Source: Myxococcota bacterium
GTDB taxonomy: Bacteria > Myxococcota_A > SURF-8
Length of the DNA stretch: 64,000 bases
Reading direction: 5' to 3'
Assembly (NCBI GenBank): GCA_963674735.2
Contig: CAXXQS010000002.1
Span: 800,001 to 864,000 of the forward strand
Of the stretch, positions 1 through 8,111 are shown piece by piece. Both the position numbers and the translations under genes were made by a program. Numbering within the stretch: the first letter of the stretch is position 1; each line of letters opens with the position of its first letter. The notes under the pieces are model-generated. The model saw only the letters and a list, made by a program, of their open reading frames with translations, did not search any database and was not told the DNA's origin.

Positions 1-136
1 AGACAAGGGGTTATGCGATTTCTGACCCGAGAAAAACCTTGACAGGGCAAGGTTGGACATGCTATGAAACCGACTCAAATTTATGCATGCGTCTCACACC
101 GAAAAGGATCCGGAATTCGCAGACAGGGGAGGCGAT

Positions 137-2221
137 ATGAAATCGACTGTCAGAAGATGCGCGGCGGCCATCATTGTTGTGTGGTTAGCCTGCTTGCCTA
201 TGGCTGTTTTAGCTCAAGATGCCGAGGGAACCGCGCCGACGCCGGCTCCCGCAGCAGAAGCTCCTGCGGCTGAAACCGCCCCGGAAGGGGCCGCGCCGCC
301 TGACACGGCAGCCGCCGAGCCGCCCGCTTTTCCTTCGCCGGTTGAGCCTGTCCCGACCGATACGGCGGTCGAACCGGTGCCGACGGATGAGCAACCGGCA
401 GAAAATGTTGAGGAAGTCGGCGATATCGACATCGACAGCCTCGACGATCTGGAAGACCTCGAACAGCTTGAGGAACTCGAAGATCTCGAAGGCGCACAGC
501 TGGCCGAGCGGGAGCAATTGAAGTTCTTCGAACTCAATGGTTATCTGCGCTTGCGCGCCGATCTTTTCCATCAGCTCGACTTGGGCGTCTACAACTCCTT
601 GCGTCCGTTGGGCGATTTGGGTACCGCCGACCACACCTCGGAAGACAAGCGCAAAGACAACACCATCGGCACCGCCAACATGCGGCTGCGCCTCAACCCG
701 ACGTTGAATGTCAGCGAAGACATCAAAATCATGATGCAGGCCGACATCCTCGACAACGTCGTACTCGGCACCACCCCCGACACCTATCTGCGCGGCGGTC
801 CCGGCGGTCTCGGACCGGGTATCTCGGGCTTCGCCACCTCACAGGTCGCCCAGCAGGCCGGACGCAACAGCGATGTCGATTCCATCCAGATCAAACGCGT
901 ATGGGCCGAAGTCCGCACGCCCGTCGGTCTGCTCAAATTCGGTCGTCAGCCCTCCCATTGGGGCACCGGCATGTACATCAACGACGGCAATTGCGTCGAC
1001 TGCGATTACGGCGATACGGTCGATCGCATCCTGTTCGGCACCAAGATCTTCGAACACATCCTGTTCCTCGGCATGGACTTCGTCAACGAAGGCATCACCG
1101 ACGACACCCAGTTCGAATACGGCGGCCAGGATAAAGACGCCACCCAGCTCGACGATGTCCAGCAGATCGTTTTCGGTTTCGCGCGCAAACACACCGACGC
1201 CGAAGCGGAAGAGTTGATCGAAAACAACGACTTCGTCATCGATTACGGTTTCTACAATGTCCTGCGCTGGCAGTCCTACAGCCTGGAACAATCCGTCATC
1301 GGCGATCCCAGCAACCAAGCGGGCGATTTCGCCTCGCGCCAGAACCTGCGCGCCCAGCTCATCGAGCGTGACCTGAAGCTCTATGTCGGCGATATCTGGT
1401 TTAAATTCCTGTGGAAACGTCTCCATATCGAGCTGGAAGCCATCTGGATCACCGGATCGTTGGGCGATGCCGCCAAAGACGCCGCCGAGCAGACCTCGCT
1501 GCGCCAGAAGGGCATCACCGACAACAGCATCGACATCAACCAATATGGCGTCGTCTTCCAGATCGACTACAAATTCCTCGACGACGCCTTGTTCGTCGGC
1601 GCGGAATGGGGCCTCGCTTCGGGCGACCCCTACAACGGTCCCTACGGCAACGGTTACGACACCGGCTTCGGCGTTTATCCCTACCAGGATCGCCAGTTCG
1701 CCGACGCCAAATACCAGCGCACCAAAAACGGCCCCATGATCGAAGACCGGGCGGTCAACAACTTCCGCTTCGATCCCGATTACCACGTCGATTTGATCCT
1801 GTTCCGCGAGATCATCGGCACCGTGACCGACGCCACCTACGTCAAACCGTCCATCCAGTACAACATCACGCCGTCGATCGGTGCGCGCCTCGATGCCATC
1901 ATCAGCTTCGCGATGGAAGCCGACAGCACGCCGTCGTACTACCACATGAAATATGAAACCGTCGACGACGTCGTCGCGGGTGAATTGCCGTTGGAACGTA
2001 AAACCAATAACTATCTGGGCTCCGAGCTCGATCTGACCGTGTTTTACAAATCCTTCGACGGCTTCGGCATGCAGCTGCAATACGGCGTGTTCTTCCCCGG
2101 CGAAGCCTTCGGTTACTGGGACGGCGAATACATCAATGACAGCGGCGAACGCGAACCGACCTGGTTCTACGCCCCCAACATCGCCCAGACCGTCCAGGCC
2201 AACCTGACCGTCGAATTCTAA
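137..2221 (+). CDS. Outer-membrane beta-barrel protein, TIGR04551-like family
   Basis: Signal peptide, Pro/Ala/acidic linker, motifs FELNGYLRLRADLF and KRVWAEVRTPVGLLKFGRQPSHWG.G...NDGNC.DCDYGDTVDR, C-terminal Phe (VEF); ATG 137 follows GGAGG. Confidence 0.75.
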   Translation: MKSTVRRCAAAIIVVWLACLPMAVLAQDAEGTAPTPAPAAEAPAAETAPEGAAPPDTAAAEPPAFPSPVEPVPTDTAVEPVPTDEQPAENVEEVGDIDIDSLDDLEDLEQLEELEDLEGAQLAEREQLKFFELNGYLRLRADLFHQLDLGVYNSLRPLGDLGTADHTSEDKRKDNTIGTANMRLRLNPTLNVSEDIKIMMQADILDNVVLGTTPDTYLRGGPGGLGPGISGFATSQVAQQAGRNSDVDSIQIKRVWAEVRTPVGLLKFGRQPSHWGTGMYINDGNCVDCDYGDTVDRILFGTKIFEHILFLGMDFVNEGITDDTQFEYGGQDKDATQLDDVQQIVFGFARKHTDAEAEELIENNDFVIDYGFYNVLRWQSYSLEQSVIGDPSNQAGDFASRQNLRAQLIERDLKLYVGDIWFKFLWKRLHIELEAIWITGSLGDAAKDAAEQTSLRQKGITDNSIDINQYGVVFQIDYKFLDDALFVGAEWGLASGDPYNGPYGNGYDTGFGVYPYQDRQFADAKYQRTKNGPMIEDRAVNNFRFDPDYHVDLILFREIIGTVTDATYVKPSIQYNITPSIGARLDAIISFAMEADSTPSYYHMKYETVDDVVAGELPLERKTNNYLGSELDLTVFYKSFDGFGMQLQYGVFFPGEAFGYWDGEYINDSGEREPTWFYAPNIAQTVQANLTVEF

Positions 2222-2243
2222 ACCGCCTTTCCAAACACCTTCT

Positions 2244-2267
2244 AACCGCCCTTCGGGGCGGTTTTTT
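2244..2267 (+). terminator. Rho-independent terminator
   Basis: AACCGCCC-TTCG-GGGCGGTT followed by T-run just after the stop at 2221. Confidence 0.85.
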
Positions 2268-2412
2268 CATGAGCCGAGCAAACAGCAGCAAATAAAATAC
2301 CCAATAAAGTCAATGCTCTTCATCCAAGAGGCCGCGTCTCTCCACAGCAGCCCCCCACCCCGGAAACCGAAGCAAAAAGGCGATCGTCGCATGAATTTTG
2401 TTGTGATTTTTC

Positions 2413-2441
2413 TTGACAGAAATCGAAGCTTAGGGTATTCA
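2413..2441 (+). promoter_or_regulatory. Putative sigma70 promoter for tRNA pair
   Basis: TTGACA-17 nt-TATTCA upstream of tRNA-Gly. Confidence 0.55.
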
Positions 2442-2475
2442 TTATGTCCGTCTTTGGCGATTTGACAACTTGAAT

Positions 2476-2550
2476 GCGGGAATGACTCAGTGGTAGAGTG
2501 CGACCTTGCCAAGGTCGAAGTCGCGGGTTCAAATCCCGTTTCCCGCTCCA
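2476..2550 (+). tRNA. tRNA-Gly (GCC)
   Basis: GCGGGAA/TTCCCGC acceptor stem, anticodon arm CGACC-TTGCCAA-GGTCG, GGTTCAAATCC T arm, encoded CCA. Confidence 0.97.
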
Positions 2551-2606
2551 TTCAAAATCAAGCCGACCCGACGCATCACCATCGACGCGAAGGTTGGCTT
2601 TTTTTT

Positions 2607-2680
2607 GGCGCCGTGGCCAAGTGGTAAGGCAGAGGTCTGCAAAATCTTGATCACCGGTTCGACTCCGGTCGGCGCCTCCA
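2607..2680 (+). tRNA. tRNA-Cys (GCA)
   Basis: GGCGCCG/CGGCGCC acceptor stem, CT-GCA-AA anticodon loop, GGTTCGACTCC, U73 discriminator and CCA. Confidence 0.96.
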
Positions 2681-2857
2681 AATCGTTCATTTCAGCGGCT
2701 GCTTCGGCGGCCGCTGTCGTTTTATGCGCCTTCTTGCCATCCTGCCGCTTTCACTATTTTCCGCCCTCGCCCTTGCCCCTTTATCGAATCGTGATACAAT
2801 GAATGAAAACGCCAGCCGATCCGACAGGTTGCGCGGCATCACCAAACAGGATCGCCC

Positions 2858-3835
2858 ATGCCCGTACCATATCCAGATCAGGACGCCATCAAAGAGCGCG
2901 TCTATGCGCTGACCGGCCAAAAAGTTTACAGCAAGGTTGAAGTGGTGGAAGACACCACCCAGTTCATGAATATTACGCGTGGAAACGTACTGCGTCTGGG
3001 CGCACGCGAATTTTTCGTGTTGGGAGACATGCGCGAACCGCGCTTCGGTATGAACGATCAGCCCAAATACTGGGTCAAGCGCGTCCTCGATCTCGACGAT
3101 GACATCATTCGCTTGATCAAGCTGGTCTTCCACGAAGAATTCACCGCGCATATCGGTCCGATTCGCATGCGGTGCTGGCGTAGTCCGGAAAAAGAGGCCC
3201 GCGTTTTGGACCTCACCCAAAACGACGACCGCTTCATGCACGGCGTTTCCATGCCCGATGCCAACGGAAACGTGGTGCGCATCATCGATTTCATCGAAGG
3301 CCCCACCCTTTACGACGTCATCATGGACCTGGAGATCGATCACGAAACCTACTTTCAAACGATGTTCCCGACCGTTTTACGCAATCTGGTGCACACTATG
3401 GAGGCGATTCGCCTGCTGCATCAGCACGGGTTATGCCACGGCGATATCCGCAACGACCACATCATGATCGAGAGCGGCACCCGGCGTTATCGCTGGATCG
3501 ACTTCGATCTGACCCAACGTTTCTCCGATTTCGACGTATGGAGCTTCGGCAATGTCCTGCAATTCACCACCGGCATGGGCATGATGAGCTTCCATGAAGT
3601 GCGCGAATCCGAGCGCTTCAGCCCCGAGATCGGACGAAGCCTGTCCAGCGGCGATGCCGCCGCCTTTTACAAATACCGCATCATGAATCTGCGTAAAATT
3701 TACGGGTATATCCCGGAGCGCCTCAACCGCATTCTGATGCGCTTTTCGCTCAACACCAAAACGTATTACGAAACCATGCAACAAGTGCTGACCGACGTCG
3801 GGGAAGTCCTGGACGCCGATTTTCCTGCGACCTAA
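2858..3835 (+). CDS. Atypical Ser/Thr protein kinase-like protein
   Basis: Catalytic-loop-like LHQHGLCHGDIRNDHI, WIDFD (DFG position), DVWSFG (subdomain IX). Confidence 0.75.
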   Translation: MPVPYPDQDAIKERVYALTGQKVYSKVEVVEDTTQFMNITRGNVLRLGAREFFVLGDMREPRFGMNDQPKYWVKRVLDLDDDIIRLIKLVFHEEFTAHIGPIRMRCWRSPEKEARVLDLTQNDDRFMHGVSMPDANGNVVRIIDFIEGPTLYDVIMDLEIDHETYFQTMFPTVLRNLVHTMEAIRLLHQHGLCHGDIRNDHIMIESGTRRYRWIDFDLTQRFSDFDVWSFGNVLQFTTGMGMMSFHEVRESERFSPEIGRSLSSGDAAAFYKYRIMNLRKIYGYIPERLNRILMRFSLNTKTYYETMQQVLTDVGEVLDADFPAT

Positions 3836-3859
3836 GCGGATCAACGTCAAAGGAGCGCC

Positions 3860-5359
3860 ATGCCTTTCAAGATCGGCACGAAACTCGTTATCGCGGTGGT
3901 TTTTTTCGCCATCATGGGTATCGGTATCACGGCCGGTTTCGCCTTCGATTTCTATCGCACCGCCATCATCGAAGAAATGATCCAGGCCGGGCGTCAGCTT
4001 TCGGGGGCGGTCAAAGGCGCGCTGCGCGAAGACATGATGCATAATCGCACGGAAGGAATGCGCCAGATCATTTCCAGCGTCGGCAATCAGGCGGAGGTCA
4101 CCCGCGTACGCATGTTCAATAAAGCGGGCATTATCCGCTACAGTTCCGACGCCGAAGAAGAAAACACCAAGGTGGACAAGCGCGCGGAAGCCTGTTTGCT
4201 CTGCCACGCCAACGATGCCAGCCAGCCCCCCAAAGCCACCTTGCAACATCGTTTGTTCAACGGCGATGACAACGTTTTGTATCTGGGCATCTCCGATCCG
4301 GTTTACAACGACCGCAGTTGCTGGACCGCTCCCTGCCACGCTCACAAATCCAACGAAAGCGTGCTCGGCTTTTTGGAGGTGGATATCCCTCTCACTCAGA
4401 TGGAAAAGAAAATCCAAACAGGCCGCCTGCATACCGTTCTGTTCGCTCTGGCGGCGGTGATCGCCATTTCGTTCATCACCCTGATTTTGGTGCGTCAACT
4501 CATTCTGGTTCCGGTGGCCAAAGTGGTGGACGCCACCAACCGCGTGGGCGGCGGCGAGTGGACCAACCCCATCTACGGTGCCCGTCAGGATGAAATGGGC
4601 CAGCTTATTCATGCCTTCAACCGCATGCAGGAAAAGATGCAGGTAAGCCAGCGCCAGCTCATCATGTCCGGCAAGCTGGCCTCGGTGGGTAAGCTGGCGG
4701 CCGGTGTGGCGCACGAAATCAACAATCCCCTAACCGGGATTCTCACCTTCGCCGAAGATCTGATCGACGAATCCGATACCGACGACCCGCGCATGGAGGA
4801 TTATCAGGTGATCCGGCGCGAAACCATGCGCTGCCGTGAAATCGTGCGCAACCTACTCGACTTCGCCCGTCCCGAGAAACCCGCCATCACCTCCGTGGAC
4901 ATCCGCGACGTCATCATGAAAAGCGTCAAGTTGGTGGAACGTCTGGCACAATTCCAGAACTGCCGAATCAACGCCGACTTACAGCTGGACCTGCCGCTGG
5001 TGCGGGGCGATGAAGGCCAGCTGCAGCAGGTCTTTTTGAATCTGATCGTCAATGCCTCCGAAGCGATGCCGGACGGCGGCGAGATCCGCATCGCCTCGCG
5101 TCACGAACCCGGCGACCCGCTGATCGAGGTGATCATCAGCGATGAGGGTCTCGGTATGACCTCCGATCAGAAACAGCACATTTTCGAGCCCTTCTTCTCC
5201 ACCAAAGGAGGACGCACACAAGGCTTGGGTCTTTCGGTAAGTTGGGGTATCATTGAGCAGCACGGCGGCAGTATCGATGTGGTAACCGCCCCGGATGCGG
5301 GCACCACCTTCACGGTGCGCTTGCCGGTCGACCGTAGCGGGATGCGTTGGAAGTCTTAA
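3860..5359 (+). CDS. Membrane sensor histidine kinase (periplasmic heme-c motifs, HAMP, HisKA, HATPase)
   Basis: Two TM segments flanking CLLCH and CWTAPCH; HAMP (DEMGQLIHAFNRM); H-box VAHEINNPL; N box, DEGLG, FEPFFSTK, GLGL. Confidence 0.92.
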   Translation: MPFKIGTKLVIAVVFFAIMGIGITAGFAFDFYRTAIIEEMIQAGRQLSGAVKGALREDMMHNRTEGMRQIISSVGNQAEVTRVRMFNKAGIIRYSSDAEEENTKVDKRAEACLLCHANDASQPPKATLQHRLFNGDDNVLYLGISDPVYNDRSCWTAPCHAHKSNESVLGFLEVDIPLTQMEKKIQTGRLHTVLFALAAVIAISFITLILVRQLILVPVAKVVDATNRVGGGEWTNPIYGARQDEMGQLIHAFNRMQEKMQVSQRQLIMSGKLASVGKLAAGVAHEINNPLTGILTFAEDLIDESDTDDPRMEDYQVIRRETMRCREIVRNLLDFARPEKPAITSVDIRDVIMKSVKLVERLAQFQNCRINADLQLDLPLVRGDEGQLQQVFLNLIVNASEAMPDGGEIRIASRHEPGDPLIEVIISDEGLGMTSDQKQHIFEPFFSTKGGRTQGLGLSVSWGIIEQHGGSIDVVTAPDAGTTFTVRLPVDRSGMRWKS

Positions 5360-5385
5360 ACGACGACCCTAGAGGAGCGAAGACA

Positions 5386-6165
5386 ATGGCGGAACGAGCC
5401 AAGATTCTGGTGGTGGACGACGAAGATGTCGTGTTGCTTAGCATTCGAAAAGTTTTTAAAAGCGATGCCTTCGAACTGGATACCGTTCAATCGCCCCAAC
5501 TCGGCCTGGCTATGGTGGAGTCACGCAATTACGACGTGGTCATTACCGATCTGATGATGCCGGGCATGAACGGGCTGGAATTTCTCGACAAAGTCCGCGC
5601 CATGGACCCCGGCGTGCGCGTCATCATGATCACCGGTTATGCGACGATGCGCACCGCCCTGCAATCCATGCGACGCGGCGCGTTCGATTTTCTGGCCAAA
5701 CCCTTCACCAAGGAAGAACTGAGCAACGTCGTGCATCGCGCCATGCAGCGCGGCTCCATGACCGAAGAACCGGCCGACGCCTCACTTGCGGGAGCTTCGG
5801 AGAGCGCCGGGGCTCTGGAACCCGGACGCACCTATACCCTGCGGAATCACAGTTGGGCACGCATCGAACCCGATATGCGCGTGGTTATCGGTGTGGAACC
5901 GCATTATCTGTCCACCGTGGGCGACGTATCCGACCTCGAATTGCCCAAACCGGGCGAGGGTGTTTCGCAAGGGGGCGGCTGCGCCAAGTTGTTCACCGCC
6001 GACGGGCGCACCTACAGCCTGTGGTGCCCGCTTTCCGGGCGCGTGCTGACACTCAATACGGAGGTCATGGAAAACCCGGCGCGGCTGACGGAAAAATCGC
6101 GCGACCTGTGGTTGATCAAGATCGATCCCACCGCCATCGAACACGAAATCGAAAACCTGCTCTGA
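5386..6165 (+). CDS. Response regulator receiver fused to GcvH-like (H-protein fold) domain
   Basis: REC: ILVVDDE, TDLMMPGMNG, MITG, KPF. C-terminus HSWAR...VIGV...GDVSDLELPKPG...CPLSGRV...N...P...WLIKI follows the GcvH pattern; ATG after GAGGAG. Confidence 0.85.
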   Translation: MAERAKILVVDDEDVVLLSIRKVFKSDAFELDTVQSPQLGLAMVESRNYDVVITDLMMPGMNGLEFLDKVRAMDPGVRVIMITGYATMRTALQSMRRGAFDFLAKPFTKEELSNVVHRAMQRGSMTEEPADASLAGASESAGALEPGRTYTLRNHSWARIEPDMRVVIGVEPHYLSTVGDVSDLELPKPGEGVSQGGGCAKLFTADGRTYSLWCPLSGRVLTLNTEVMENPARLTEKSRDLWLIKIDPTAIEHEIENLL

Positions 6166-6242
6166 TCCTCTTCCTTGCCCGAATATCCCGGATGGGGCAT
6201 CCTGGCAGGGTAGGGACCGTTACGCGACGGAGAGCGCCATCT

Positions 6243-7517
6243 ATGACCTCACAGCGCATTATTTTACCCGCCTCGACAACCGCAGAAAGCTTCCGACACG
6301 CGGAAAATGTCATCAAAGAGGCCTGCCGGAATCCCGGCGCATCCCTGCGTTTTGCCTGCGCAACACCCGAGCAGGCCGGAGCGCTGGTAAGGCTCGTTCG
6401 GCTGGCCCACTCGCTGGGCGCAGCGTCGATCGAGGTCGAGCGCTCCGACTGGCTTGAAAACACAGCGAAAGTAACCCGCGCGCTCGAATTGGCCGGACTG
6501 ACCGACTGGCTCCCGTCCGACACGCCGAACACAACTGCGGCTGACCTCGAAGCCGAGCGGGCCGCCTGGTTCCGTCGTCATCCCGAACTTTTACCCCAGG
6601 ATTTCGTGCAAACCGCCAGTCGCTTGTCGAAAAACGAACAAGTGCGAGAGGCCATCATCCGGCCGGTCTACCGCTGCAACGAAAAATGCCATTTCTGCTG
6701 GATCTATCAGGAACAAGACGACCCGCCCGCCGCCACATCGGCCGAGGCGGTGGCGCGTCTGGCACGGCAAGGCTTCGATCTCCTCACGATTTCCGGTGGC
6801 GAACCCACCCTCTTTCACGGCTTGCCTGAGTTGATTCGACAAGCGAAAACCGAGGGATTCCGTTGGGTAACCTTGCAAACCAATGGGTTGCTGCTGGCAC
6901 AAGCCACCCGCGTGAAGGCTTTGGTCGAAGCGGGCTTGGATGAAGTTTTCCTGGCCCTGCATGCCGCCGATCCGGCTATCCACGACACCATCACCCAGCA
7001 TCCGGGCGCTCATGCCAAGACCTTGCAGGCCTTCGACCATCTATTGGACGCGCCACTGAAAGTCTGCATCAACGTGGTGCTGTGCCGTCCGAACCTAGCC
7101 GATTTGCCCGCTTTGGCGCAGCTTCTGGCCGAACGGGCCGAGCGGATCGGGCGTGACCTCACCCTCAATCTAGCTGTAGCGGCGCCCATGGGTCGCTACG
7201 CCGAACACTACGCCGCCTACACACCGCGCCTGACCGAGCTACAGGTGCCGTTGACCGAAGCCCTGGATATTCTGCGAAAAAGCCGGGTGCGTTACGACGG
7301 TTTTTCCTCGGCCTGCGGCGCGCCTTTATGTGCCGTCGGAAACCGACCCGACCTGTTGGCGGGAATCGCCCCGCTGCCGGATTCCGAACGCGGAGCGGAA
7401 TTCGTTCAGCCCGCCGCCTGCGAAAGCTGCCGCCTGCGCGCCGCCTGCCACGGCGTGCGCCGCGTCTATATCGAGGTTTTCGGTCCCGACGACCTGCAGC
7501 CTTTCCGTGAGTCGTAG
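6243..7517 (+). CDS. Radical SAM protein (HxsC-like C-terminal Cys cluster)
   Basis: CNEKCHFC, SGGEPT, LQTNG, C-terminal CESCRLRAACHGV...Y...FG; start inferred at ATG 6243 (longer ORF overlaps the previous gene). Confidence 0.8.
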   Translation: MTSQRIILPASTTAESFRHAENVIKEACRNPGASLRFACATPEQAGALVRLVRLAHSLGAASIEVERSDWLENTAKVTRALELAGLTDWLPSDTPNTTAADLEAERAAWFRRHPELLPQDFVQTASRLSKNEQVREAIIRPVYRCNEKCHFCWIYQEQDDPPAATSAEAVARLARQGFDLLTISGGEPTLFHGLPELIRQAKTEGFRWVTLQTNGLLLAQATRVKALVEAGLDEVFLALHAADPAIHDTITQHPGAHAKTLQAFDHLLDAPLKVCINVVLCRPNLADLPALAQLLAERAERIGRDLTLNLAVAAPMGRYAEHYAAYTPRLTELQVPLTEALDILRKSRVRYDGFSSACGAPLCAVGNRPDLLAGIAPLPDSERGAEFVQPAACESCRLRAACHGVRRVYIEVFGPDDLQPFRES

Positions 7518-7631
7518 CAGAAAACGAGCGGACCGGAAGATCGTTGTTTGTCCACCCAAAAACCTAGCCAAGCCTCTGCAATCGTGCTAGGCTGAGCCTT
7601 GGATCGCTGAATCGCGGAAAGGAGCCGACAC

Positions 7632-7913
7632 ATGCCAATCTATCCCACATCGCAACCGATCATGAAGGCGATGTTCGGGCTTGGCCATTGGGAACTGATC
7701 ATTATCCTGGTGATTATCCTGGTGGTATTCGGAGCCGGAAAGCTGCCGGGCGTGGGGTCTGCATTGGGCGAAGGCATTCGCAATTTCAAGGGCGGCCTCA
7801 AAGGCGAAAAGAAAAGTGACGATCCGCCCAAACAAATCGATGCACCCAAAACGGAAGCCGCCGAACCGCTTGAAAAGAAAGTGGAAAAAGAATCCGAAAA
7901 GGTGGAACGCTAG
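7632..7913 (+). CDS. tatA: Twin-arginine translocase TatA/E
   Basis: [36 protein letters not shown]; start could be 7671. Confidence 0.93.
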   Translation: MPIYPTSQPIMKAMFGLGHWELIIILVIILVVFGAGKLPGVGSALGEGIRNFKGGLKGEKKSDDPPKQIDAPKTEAAEPLEKKVEKESEKVER

Positions 7914-8111
7914 AGGAAACGGATCCGCCTTGGCCGATCGGCCGGATTTGCAGCTTTGACTCGCTCAACCCGACCCTGCCCGATTCCGATCCAACCCGTG
8001 ACAACATCACATTTGGGGGAAGAAACGCCACCGCGTTCCACTCGACTATCACGACCACAGCGGCCGGTTCCTCAGGCTCGGCCGATTAAACGCTATCGGG
8101 AGAATATACGC

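Noticed and set aside
839-2080. Long antisense ORFs (also 3431-4714, 12491-13861, 25995-27608, 29303-30781, 50515-52398, 57209-59203)
   Set aside because: Shadow frames opposite well-supported genes, expected from high-GC codon bias; no recognisable motifs.
2267-2802. Short ORFs overlapping tRNA-Gly/Cys
   Set aside because: They are translations of tRNA sequence, not proteins.
5853-6242. N-terminal extension of the radical SAM ORF
   Set aside because: Overlaps the response regulator in another frame and is Arg-rich noise; ATG 6243 is more plausible.
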